Origin: Convolutriloba macropyga | Lineage: Eukaryota | Reading direction: 5' to 3' | DNA length: 64,000 bases | Assembly: GCF_964194025.1 (NCBI RefSeq) | Contig: NC_134478.1 | Location: 5,332,001 to 5,396,000 of the forward strand | Part shown: in pieces, positions 13,801 through 26,900 of the stretch | How the letters are laid out: every line of letters starts with the position of its first letter | Numbering within the stretch: the stretch's first letter is position 1 | Notes under the pieces: generated by a model | Database searches by the model: none | What the model was told of the DNA's origin: nothing | The model's input: only the letters and a program-made list of their open reading frames with translations | Made by a program: the position numbers and the translations under genes

Positions 13801-16800
13801 TGTACCTTATTAGCTATGAAAAGACCGGGGGCCGAATTGTGAAAAGACTATAGTTGGCCATGTTTAGGTATAAAAAGACCTTGGAAAGGTATAAAAAAGA
13901 CTCATGAAAAGACAGTCGTCGCTCATTTTTAAACCTGAGTGTTTGTTGCATATAAGTCAGTCAAAATTTCAATTTGTGTTTTTTGTTTTGTTTTCTGCCG
14001 TGCGGCCATAGGCTTCACTCTGCAAAGGTATCTATTTTTTGGGGCATAATTTTTTACTTCTGTTTCAAAATACTTCTGTTTCAAAATTACTTGTATTCTC
14101 GACCATGCAATTAAGGTAAAGACCCCCTCAAATTTTTTTGTCTCTCCATATGGCCCACCTTTCAACGTGGACAAACAACAGACACCCACATTTCTGCCTT
14201 TCAGAAAATGGGCCTCGCAGCTCTGATCCACGACAGCGTAGAATCAGGTATGGGATTATGTCTAAGCGTGTTCCACGAGATCTCTCAGAGAAGTCCCATT
14301 GACAAACAGAAACAGGGCACAGATAGAGGTCAAAGTGACATCAGGTGTGACCTTGACTACAAAAATGGACAATCGCCAATCAGACTGAAGTCACACAGAA
14401 TTGCGAGAGAGTTGAGTCCTCAAAGACAGCACAGCAGAGCTATAAAGGTTTGATTTAATTAAAAATTTATCTAGGATACCCTTTTCTATCCAAGTAAAGC
14501 GAAACTTGATAGCCTTGCTAAGAAATATATTACAACATGGGTAATCTTGCCCGGATCTTGCTATGTTACATGGCAAGAAATTATCAAGATTTGCTTGAAC
14601 TCGTCAAGATTTTTTGCAAAGACATCAAGAGTTAAAATTTTGGAAAGGTAAACAAGAAAGATTAACCATGACGTGTCAAATGATACCAATTTGTACAGCT
14701 TAAATTCCACTAGCAAACAAAAATTAAAACGTATTAAGTTATGGTACTGATCACCATTTATGAACAATGTTTGAAAATTTAACACGCGTTAGTTTCGAAA
14801 TTTAAAAATCTGTTTAGCGGCTACCATTGTCCATGAACAATTTGCTCACATACAATGGTAGCTAATAAAAAAATGTTAGTTTTTACTTTTCGAAGCTAAC
14901 TCGTGTTAAATTTTGTGACATTAAAATCCTGATCAGCTCTGCTATATTTGGAATTTAAATTTATTTATCTTGTTTTCCAATGCTGTATTGAGTTCTGAGC
15001 CTCCTATAAAGCTGCACAAAAAAACAATCCGTGAAAAAGAGCTCAATAGTTGCTTCTCAAAGGCTTAAAACGGAAATTTTGTTTCCTGTAAATTGAACAT
15101 AAACAAAAAGTGTAATTTCAGGGTGCGACCGTGTTTGTGGGCATTGATTACGCCAGTCCCTCTTTGCTCATTGAAGCCATGAAGCACTTTCAATTTGAAG
15201 CCAACATTGTCAATATCAAACAATACCTCGTTTACATTCAGATGGTTAGTAATTATAACTAACATTTGTTCAGGTAGCAGGACAAAATACCCAATACCAA
15301 TATACCCAATGTGGAAGTATACCGAAAATATACCCATTAATTTATCCTAATATCGAAATTACTAGAACTATTATTGTTCCGACCCTCTTGAGGGGGGAGG
15401 AACTATATACTCAAATGGGTTTTTTTTGTTCCGTGAATTTTCGCCTATCGATATATTCATCGTAGAGAGTTGAGACTGGTATCATTAGAAAGCTCGTCCA
15501 GCGTAGAATATGGAATTAAAAAGATTTTTTAAAAGTTAAAGAATTATCGAGGTTTAAACTTATGAGAAAAGTAGAGTGAATTCACGTTGTTTTTATTCAC
15601 TTTTTCCGGAATTTTCGCCTAAATTTTCGTCAATTTTGCTAAAATTAAAAAAAAATTTTGAGAATAGTGTCGTTAACTGTATTTTTAAAGACAAACAAGC
15701 ATTGTTGGTTGTTTTGATTTAATTTTTTGGAAAAAAATTCTGGATAAATATTACCAAAATTCAGCCTTTTTCATCAAAAAACAGCACGAAATAAGCTACT
15801 TTAGTCCACTTTGATTAAATTTGCCTGCAGTACAGCCCCAAACAATACTCATACAATCTTTGTAGACTCAGAAGGGGGCTATTCCTACTTCGGCGTCCGT
15901 TGAGGGTGCTCTGTAATTAAAACTTCGCCGTTTTTTGATACCTTTACTGGTTGGTTTTCAGAAATGCAGAATTTATTTTTGAGTTTTCAACGAACAAATT
16001 ATCTATATCTACAACATTCGAAAAATCAATTGTTCCTAACGGACCTAACGGACAAAGAGCATTAGCAGGGCTAGTTCTGGGCCAATCTTGGACTGTTACA
16101 ATCCAAAAAGAAGTCGGATTGCAATCAGTCGGTCTTTTTTTTTTTAAAAAAAAAACGTCTTTTTTAAATAAAAATGAACAGAACATATCAAATCAAAGCG
16201 CAGGAGTGGTAGGTCTATTTGGTTTTCTAAAGAGCTCCAAGCTAATGCATTCAAATTTTTACTTGAAAGTTGATGGTCATTTCGAACTTTAAAAATAATT
16301 GATTTTCAAATAAATAATGGCTTAATAAACTTTTCCTCTATTTTTTTTCTTAATTTGTTCAACTTCTAGCTTAGTGTCAGCAAAGAAAGAATTTTTCTTC
16401 ATTCTACTGAATTGAAGTTTAGTCTCGATTGTGGTCCTAAGCCTTAAGTTATTCTTTTCTGGCTTTGATACTACTAGATTTCAGTTTTTTGTTTTAATAT
16501 ACTTGCCAATTTTTCACGTTTTCTAGTTTTGTCACCTTATCACATTATTGACAGTTCTCATATCACATTATAAGCGTTCAAAATATATCATAATTGCACT
16601 TATTAAAATCCTGAACAATATAGATTACCGTTTTGACAGCACCGACAGCTCTTTCTTGAAGAAGTTAATTGAAGTTTTGTCTTTAACTGTCATTTTTACT
16701 TTGTCGTTTGGGTCGTATGAAATTTTCTGTAAATGGATAGGTTTCATCGGTTTTTCATGGACAAATTGATGAGCAGATCTTTTGATATTAGTACGTAGCT

Positions 16801-19800
16801 GATGGCTTCCATGACTTTGAAAAAATTGTTTAACAAAACTAAAAAAAAACTTCGCAATTTTGTTCTTTTTAAATTTTTTTTTGTTACCTGATCTTGTTAG
16901 TTAAATACAGGTCAAATATGACATTATGGGTGATAGGGGAAGGTGTCAGAGGGGATTGATGTCCCAAAAACTATTTTTTTTGTATTCGTTATGACCTTAC
17001 TGGCTTCGACACCGGTTTTTCCCAAAAAAAAGTAAATTAATTTGGTTTTTGTCATACTTGACGTTGTTTTTGTACACGCAAGAAAAAATCTGGATATTTG
17101 CAGGTCTCATGGCTTCCTGTGGATGAATAAGTGACCCTATTTAAAATTTTTTTGTAATTAATGTCTTTCATGACTTTGGATGTAATTTTTCTTTGGAAAA
17201 AAAATCAAAACTATTACATACTTTTACGTTTCGCTTTTTTGTCAACTTGTTACCTAGTCTTACTAATGAACGGCCATATACTACTTTGTCGCCATATACT
17301 ACTTTGTGGCCATATATTACTACAGTTCTTAATGCCCTTCTATAGTAGGAGTGGTAATCATAAACCTTTGGGATATTTTTTTTGGTTTCTAATGTTTTTT
17401 ATTAATTTGAATTTAATTGTTTAAAAAAAGCGAATTTTTTAGCTTTTTTGTTTTTGTTCTTTTTTGTCTAATTGTTACCAAAACTTTTTATAGATTGGTC
17501 CCATACATTTTCTGGTGATTCATAAGTTATTTTGTTCAGTTTTAGCTTTATCTGATGGTATGTTAACTTTGTTATTAAATTTCTTTTTTTCAAAACGGAC
17601 ATAAATTTTTTGATGTAATTAATGTTTGTTGTTGTTGTTGTTTGATTTTGCTGTTCAACTTGACTCGCTTTCTTAATATTGGTATATCACAGCTATCAAT
17701 TGCATCAATTTTTGCTCCTCTGAGTTATTTGCTTTGGAGGCTATCTTATCGTTCATACACAATTTTTTTTGAAAAATACTTGTGCTTTTTTGAGTTTTTT
17801 GGGATTCCCAAAAAAATAATTTTTGTGTTTTTCTATCTGTTCCTCATTTGGTAGACAATTAAGCCAAAATTGTGGATGGGCGGGGTCGGAACCTTATGTG
17901 CCATCGCACATTACCGAGCCGCCTTGTTTAGCATAATTTTTAGCGGGTGCAGTTGGCCAAGCCTCGCGGGTCATTGCCGTGCCTCAGTTGCCCGTGGAAT
18001 TTGATATGAAACTATCACAACCGAACATCGTATCACTTCTCCTAAATTATTAATATGCATACATTATAAAGCGAACACAATAACAATTTCCAATGCTTAA
18101 ATCAGAATATACCGACAATAAAGGAAAAAACAGGGTGCGTATTAAAATTCCTGCAGTATTAAAATGCAGCCTAGTAAATGTGCATAATGTCTCGACACCT
18201 ATAATATGTGAAATTCTTCACAATGTTCTTAGAATATCGAGCTTTAAAATTAAATTAGTGAAGGAAAGCAAAGTTCGTTCAAGAGTTTGGATCTTAAAAA
18301 TTGAGTCTTTTCTTAGCGAAGGTTTAAATAACCGGGAAAATTTATTTCGTCATGTACATAATAAATTGTGTATTAAAACTATAAGCCCAGACCAATGCGA
18401 CAGTATTGCAGACTTGAAAGAGTCCTTGTTTTCTATGGAATTTAGTTTCTGACCAAATGAAAAGGTCAAACGACAGGAGACGTTAAAAATTTTTTATATG
18501 TAAAAGAAACAACGTCAGAATTACTTCATGAGAAATGAATAATCTTTGTTTTGTCAGAGTTCAAAGCAAGCTTTTTTCGAATTTTTCTGCGTTGACAAAA
18601 CTTTTCTGATATTGGAGTTGAAGCAACCTTTTCCCTATCGCAACAAAGTACATGTATCTTTGAAAATCCTAATTACTTCTGTTAGCGCAATGCTTCTAAA
18701 AAAATTGAGGTCGAAGAGACAATTAGAGGCCTTAAACATTTCCAAGAAAGAATTACAAAACCGTGATTAATCATATCATATTAAGAAAAATACATTTCGT
18801 TAAAATATTCTTTTCTGGCTTCAAAATGATAGATTTGAAAATATTTCTTGGTTCCACAGAATACCAGTAAAATTCTGATCTAGAAATATAATTTCGTTAA
18901 AATGTTTATTTCCGGCTTCGAAATGATAGATTTGAAAATATTTCTTGGTTCCACTGAATACCAGTAAAATTCAGATGGTTTTCATGAAACACGTCTTGCA
19001 AACAGAATTATTTAATCTTAAAGCAGTTCAAAATATTAATTTCGTAGTTTAAAAGAATTTTTTGCAGTAGAACTCTTCACCGATCTACAAGATTGCTTCA
19101 ATGAAAACCAGGTAAAGTTTGATCTGCTGATTCTAGTTTCAGTGTAAAATTCTTTTTGGATTTATTTGCGACGCAATTCAGGGATTATTCCCTATAAATC
19201 TCAGTTACAGAATAAAATGGCTTTCAATATTCCGCTGAATTGAACCGAAAATGCTTCTTTGAACGTTCCAAGTGCAATTCTTTTTTTTAAAAAAAGAAAC
19301 ATGCCGATGGCAGTCCGTAAAAACATTGTAGTTAACGAGTTTTGATGAAAATTTGTCCGATGTTTTGTCTGTCTTTAGATCACCATTTCCATTTTCTTTT
19401 TTGGAAACGTCGCAAAATAGAGACAACGCACGCTTTTCTGGAAACAACCATACTGGAATTAATAATGCGAGCAGACATTTTTAAATTTTTTTCAATTGGG
19501 TATTATCGTTTTTCTTTAAAAAAGCGCTGATACTTGTTTCACTTTCAGTTGTTTCTTTTTTTGTTTTTACAAATGGTTTTCAAAGTGAAAAACAAAAAAT
19601 AATATTTGGCCTAGCATTTGATATTGTTTTCTCTGCTGGAGCCTAAAAACTGGATCTTAAATTGTTACTGTACAATAAGTCAACTGCCAACATTTCTTAC
19701 AAAATCTTGCAATTTTAGCTTTTTTCTGCAATATTATTGTAATGTTAACTTTAGTTTTTGACCGGGGTTTATAACTATTCTGTTTGTGATGCAGAAACTG

Positions 19801-20833
19801 CGCGATATCAGCAACTTCGACCTGAATGCCTACATGGTTCCCTGGATATATTACCCAGCCTTTCCAGTTCTCAAGCTCTCTTTCGACCCTGCCCAAAGTC
19901 AACTGAAACTCAGCCAGCACGCCGAGAACGACAACCGCGGCGTGAACTTGCCCAAATTGTCACCCGACGGAAGTTTCCTGTCCTCTAACGGTGAATTGAA
20001 AAGCTTTTCGTGGACTTTCAAGGCTTCCTTGTATTTTGGGGATGGGGTGCAGGCTAATCACTGGGTCGACCAAATGTGGAAAGGTAATTTGGACCCCTCG
20101 TTATTTTTTTTTCAAAACCCCCCTTGATTAGTGGGGTAGGTGTAATTTAGCGGGCGCTGCATATTAACACATCACATGCTTTATAATGAATTTTTAAAAT
20201 CAATAATTTAGACCGAAAAGATAGGATTTCTACAAAACAAACGAACGTTTTTTGATTGAATAAAAGGAAGGCAAGAGATTTTGTTGAATTTTATAACAAA
20301 TAATAAAAATCTGGTAAAATTTAATTGATCACTAAATGCGCTTAGTCAACAGATGCACTAATGTTTCATTTGTACGTTATTCTAAATATTACAGATGAGA
20401 TGTAAATTTTTTGCAAAACGTTGAGTTTTTTTACAAGATTCTTCAAAAATGTTGAGAAACCTTGCAAAGCCATCAAAGGTTTCACAGCGCTTTTTCGATA
20501 TAAATGAGCCCAAATTGTAACGCTTGCAGAACAATATCTGGGTATTCGAGTGATCTTTCATTCGATCGCATGAGAAAACTTTTTGGCTATTTTTTAAAGA
20601 GTTTTTAAAGACTACAACTGGGTACTTTTTAGACATGGAAACTTTTAGTTCAGCATTTCTGTTATATAATTATTGCATATAGAAACAGGACAACTAAGTT
20701 GATGCTTACAAATCCGGTATCAACGATTGAAAATTTTCAGCCGATTTCGAAATCTCTACTATAAAAAAATTTTGTCACGATTTACCAATTAGAGCTTTTT
20801 GAAGAAAATATTAACCAACTCAGTATTATTTAT

Positions 20834-20914
<81 letters not shown>

Positions 20915-23900
20915 ATAGATATCTTTTTACTGGCATTCTACCAATAAATTTAGTCAAATTCCTTCAAAAAGTTAATAAGGTTAAGTAACATTAATATATT
21001 TCGACCCGGAGACAAAAACTGCAGATTGAGAAATAGTAGGTTGGAAACTTTTTCAAATAAAAAACTTCATTGTTTTTTTGGGATTTTGGCGTTCTTCTCT
21101 CTGAAATCTTTCTATCATTAATTATCAATAATTTTTATTTTACGTTCAATTTTTCCCTTTTGGCAGACTCTTGAGTGTTTTTTCAAAATTTAAGATGACA
21201 GCAAATGCATAGTTGCTTTTATTACTTTACCTATAACGGGTTCTTAATTTTTGTTCCGTCCCGCCAATTTGTCAGGGGTCTCTTTTTTATCGATTTTTCA
21301 ATCGCAGATTTTAACAATCAGAGATCTCTTCGCGTTGCATTGGTTGCTGTTTTCTAATTATTTTAAATATTTTCTCCGCTCTTGTTTTTTTTATTTTTAT
21401 ATATTGACTGGGATGAAATCAACGTTAGAATTTTGAGATGCTCCATTTACGTGCCAATTAGTCGCAACGAACATATCATATATATTACATGAAAAACTCA
21501 TGGCTTTTATGGCTTCAACACCGTTTTTGTTTGCGAAACATTGTCTCCGTGGTTATTTTTTGTCACGATTTAACCTTACTAACTGCAGGTCCTTCCGGTT
21601 TCCTGAGGAGTTACAAATTAATCTATCTAGTATTTTGTTAATGAAAATTTCGTGTTTTTTAAGCCTCTTTAATTTTCTGTTTATTTTTCAAAACAAAGCA
21701 AAGCAACGGACTTTTGAGCTCTGTGCCCCTTTTATGTTATTTGTGAGGTCGTATAGCTAAGTCTCAAAAAAGAGCTCACATCTTCTTTTAAACGTGTATG
21801 TAATGGTTGTTGGCTCTAATAGTTTTTGGTAAAAAGTTTTGTTTTTCAAATATTTGCCCATTTATTAATTTCTCTTTTGTTGTCTTGTCATTTTATCATT
21901 AAGATCGGAAATGATCTTAATTGCATTGAGAAAAGTGCTGCTAAACGTATTTTTTGTTTTTAGAGAATAGATTATGGTTTTAAAGGCTATGGCAAGGTTT
22001 TCTCTTAAAATACAATTGAATTTTTGATTTTTTCTCTTTTTAGCGTTTTTTGTAGTCGTTAGTATTGTAGATAATGTAAACCCAATGGCCTTCTATGGAG
22101 GTGTAAATCAACCTAACGGTTAAGAACTAATGGTTTATATGACTTTGAGTTTATATGTTTTCATAAAAATCAAGCGTTTTTAAACTTTGCGCTTTGTCCA
22201 CTTGTCTGTTACTTAGTGTCATCAAAGACAAGTTCCCTTTTTTCCAGAGGAGTACAAGTTACTTTCCTTAGCTTAGGTTTTTTCAGTCTCTAATTTGTCT
22301 TTGTTATTAAGTTCATCCTTCAGAAAAATTGATATTGAATTTTTGTCGTAATTAATGTTTGTTGTTGTGATTTGATTTCGTTTTTAGTCTTGTCTTGTAG
22401 TCTTAAAGTTATTTTTACGACTCGAAGAGGAGTATTGGAGAAGTCCATTTTTTAATCAATTTTATTGGAGTGATTTTTGAAGCGGGAAATGAAACGCGTG
22501 AAAAAATTTGGAGTGATTTTGGCGCTGAATAAAAGTGAAGAGCGGAGCGAAAAGAGAGTGGTTTTTGTTCATACCGCTGTTTTTGAGAGAGCGAAAAATT
22601 GATGTGTTCAAAAATTTTCTCTAAGCGAGCGAAAGTTTTTTGTTCACGTGCGGCATTTTAAAGCAGTTTTTTTTCATTTGTTTTCGTTAAGAGGTTTGGT
22701 TATGATTTTGTTATAAGTTTAGGCTGGTTTTGGTAGTGTTTTTTTTAAGGTTTCTGGAAATTAATATGAATTTTACGATAATTCGTTGGTTTTTAATGTA
22801 TTTTCCTGATTTTCGGGCAAATTTTTGCATTTTTTTGACAATTATTCTGTTTTACTTCTTAATTTTTTGCAGTTTTTCGTTTTTTTTTTCTGTTTTTAGC
22901 TAAGTTTCTTTGCCTATTATGACTTGTCTATTGTTTTGCGAGCATCTGGATACCCTATTGGCTGAAGGGAATTTTTCTTTGGATTTATATGTTTTTTGAA
23001 ATATTAAAAAAAATTAGTAACTTTTTCCAGTTTTTCAATGAAAGTTGTTTTTAAGAGCTTTTTTCAAATAATTTAGCCTGAAGTATTTTTCAAAATTCAC
23101 TTAAGTGGTTTTTGTAAGTACTAGTTGGTTTGATGAAGTTGTTTTGGCAGAGATAGTTTTTTTCGGGATCTCAATATATAACAAAATTTTATCAGATTTT
23201 TTATCATATTTTAACAGATCTGATTTTATTGTTTTTACTTTTTTGTTTCATGACTTTGTTTCAAGATAATCATAAATTAGTGAGGGCACGTTTTGTTTGA
23301 TGAGTAGTTGGATGGCGTTTAAATGGATTTTCACTTCGAGTCGTTTTCTGAATTCTTCCGGCTATGTTTTTAAATTCATACGCCATTTGTTTTAGTTCGC
23401 CATTTTTTCATACGCCATTTTTTTAAAATTCATACGCCATTTGAGATAGAACATTTCCAAAAAAATAGGTAAATTTTTGCAAATATTCTATCTCTTCCTC
23501 TTTTGGAAGACAATTAAATCAAAAATGTAGATGAGCGGGGTCGGAGCATTATGTGAGAAGGCGCACTACCGAACCTCCTTGTGCCATAACTTTACCCCCC
23601 CCCCCCCCCAAAGCTCGTGCTATCTGTTCTTACATAGTTACGCGCTATGCAAAAACTCAACATTTTAAGGGGGTTCATGGAAAATAACAGTCACCCTGGG
23701 GGGGGGGGGTCTATTCAGAACTGAGTATCTATTCGAGAAACCTAATAGATCCTGAGTTTTTTGGAGTGACAAGTTGATTTTCAGAACATAATCAATCTCT
23801 GCATGTTTTAAATTGTTTAACAGAAATCAACTCTGTCAATCTGCTCTTTGAGTCTGACTTCATTCTGGTGTTGATGTCGGGTGGCTCCATACCAAGAGGC

Positions 23901-26900
23901 ACACCAACTGTGACGTCATTAGTCGAACCCGCCAGTTTCCCAACCCAAATTAAAGGGGTATCTACCCCATTTGAGTTCAAAACTGCAAACATTGGCTGGT
24001 TCCTGCCTCTGTACGACCAGAAGTTGTTTGAAAATGTCAAAAAGCAACTTATCAATAAGTTCACGGTTAGTGGAAATTCTGGCTCATATGTTGACGAAAC
24101 ACTAGAAAAATAAATAAATTACGTCACAAATAGTACCTATGTCAAAAAAGGGACTAGCGATGTGCATTCGTGTCTAATGCTCCCATCCGCCGAGTGAAAA
24201 TAAAATTCCAAAAGATAAAACTTGTTTGTCCCAGAAGCGTATCCTGAAATGTACATTGCTCATAGTTGTGGACCTTCATAATGAAAGGTTTTCTATCGTA
24301 CGCTAAAATTATTTTTTTCTCCAAAAAAAAACTTGCAGCTGAGTTGTAAAACATTTGGAGATAACATATCAGTTTTGCCTATAATTACAGTTCTTCATCA
24401 TTTTCCGGCCTTCAAGTTCTTAAAAAAGTTATTATAAAACTTGGAGCCAAATCATAACTAAACATACCCGGTCGAAATGTCAGCACCGTTTAAGCTCATT
24501 ATTTTGTAAGAAAGGTGGTAAAAGGGCACAAATTAAGTAAGAATTGCGCTAAAAATTTCACGAATTCCACTCAAAATCCTTGCACAGGCGAAAATGCATT
24601 GAAACTATGTAAGTGCTCTCCAATTTCAGTGCATTTCTGAAATCATTACAGTGCTTTTCAACTCCTTTGAGCACAGATTTCTGAGTTTCCTACAAATTAA
24701 TTTGAATTGAATGCCCTGAAAATATGTAAAAATTATGCTCGCCTTTCATCACGTTTTTTACAAAACTGTTTATTATCATAGATTCAAATTAAATGCAAGG
24801 AGTTTCGGAAAGCAAAGGGGCAGTGGATTAATTGATGGCAAAGCAACCACAGAACAAGTTTCCATGCGCTGTCAACGCGAAATTCCGTGGTCTTGATGGC
24901 ATTTCTTTCACAGTTTCATTGCAATAGAGCGCATTAGTATGTAAAATTTTTGCGCTAACATTAAAAAAAAATCAGCGCATATCAACACTTTTCTTACATA
25001 ATTTTGCGAAAGTTTGACAAACTGGTTACATTTTATTATAGGTGAATGTGAATGTTGTACAGCAAAACTGTCAGCATAAAGATAGCGCGAAAAAAAATGA
25101 TTTTTGAAGTGAGGATTGATCAAAACCAATTAATATAAAAAAATAATGTGAATAATTACAAATGAAAAACTGCAAGTTTTTAAAATTGATTCGATAATGC
25201 CATTGTTTGATAGCCGGGTTGTTAAAATTTGACAAGCAAATTTAAGAAGTAACCTTTTAGAACTTTTCTTCTTCAAAGATTTTTTAATTCAGAGAAGTTT
25301 TCTAAACGATTGCAGTACAACGAAACATTTTACCGTACATAACGAGCGTCTACGGGTACCCAAAAGAGTACTTACAAAGAAACTGGCGATTTCCATTCAA
25401 TGTAGAAAGCGCTTAAATTTTGTTAAAGTTGTCTTTCAGATCAATTACAGGCCTTAAACTGAAAAACAGGAGAAAATAAATGTGAAATAGTAGTTACGTT
25501 TGGCTGTAAGGGCATTTTACAAAATTTTATTCCTTCTAATCTTTCTGCCGCTCACCTTTACGATTTAAAGTTTTAAAAATACTAAAGAGGAACTATACTG
25601 CTAAAAATCTGCCACACAATCCCTTGCGGAACAAGCTTCCGTCAAACATGTTTTGCGCTGGAAAGCAGTTTTCCTTTTTCAACTTCTTGTCAGAATTGCA
25701 AAACACTTTTTGCCTATAATTTGAAGAGAGTTTCACAACCTGGTTGAAATTTTATATAAGTGAATGTGACTGTCCTACAATAAAACTGTCTGCATAAACT
25801 TAGCGCGAAAAAGATTGATTTTTGAATCATTTTTTCAAAGATTTTGAAACGCTAATACTAATTGCAATAAAATTCCTATCAATATTATCTAAATAAAATA
25901 GAAAGAACTAGATTTATACTAAAAATGTGAAGACCAATGAGACGACCAATTGGCAAAATTAAGCTCTCATTTGGACCAATATTATCACATTTTTTGGCAG
26001 TAAAATTATTAGCAGCCTTTTTCAACACAAAATTGGTGAACTACAATTAAGGTTTTATTCGTAATACTGAAGCTGAAGCAAAATGGATGAAAAATGATAG
26101 AAAATAGTTATTGGATGTATAAAAGGTCGTCACACAAAAGTACACCAAAAATGTACAATAAAACTGCAGAGCATAAAAGCGCTTAAAGCTCTCAATTTCG
26201 TCAACACAAATTTCAAAAATTGTTAATTCAAATTTTTGGCTGCAGTTTTTATACGAAAAATCAAAACGCTCAAACTACCGGAAATTATTCTTTATTATGG
26301 ATTAATCAAATTTTCTAAAGATTTCTCAACGATCGTTGCTACTCTTCCAAGTCTCCTGATGAAATAGTAATTGACCAAATACATTGCAAGAACTATTTTA
26401 TACAAAATAAGTTTTCATATAAAACTAAAATTATTTTATATGTCAGCAATCTGATAATTTAAAATATTTAGACCATTTAGCATTTTGTTGCCTAAATTCT
26501 CTAACTGGTATTTGAAAATTCTGATGCAATAGTTTGGGCTTATTACAGACATGTGTAAAACTCCTAAAACCACATATATTTGAAGTTTAGGAGCAATTTT
26601 AAAAAAATTCCAATTAGTCTCAAAGAAAGATGAAAGTTTTTCAAAAATCGTCGTCTATTTAATTTTATGAAGATCCTATTCAGAACCCAAATTCTCTTAT
26701 GATCCACCGTCTGATTTTATGCTAATCTACTATTTGGTTTTTGAATGCTCAATGAGTAATTCGGGGGTTTATTACTCGTCATAGTGGTTAAAGGAAAATA
26801 TATGGACTAGCCAAATTTCAGTGAAAAAATACCATGCAGCAGGAAACATCCCCATCCATACGAATTGGAGCTAGAAAAAGTCTGCAACTTCGCAACATTT

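Noticed and set aside
18093-18770. 119-aa and 74-aa ORFs in an M1 intron
   Set aside because: AT-rich, with no recognisable motif or fitting splice sites, and not needed for gene continuity.
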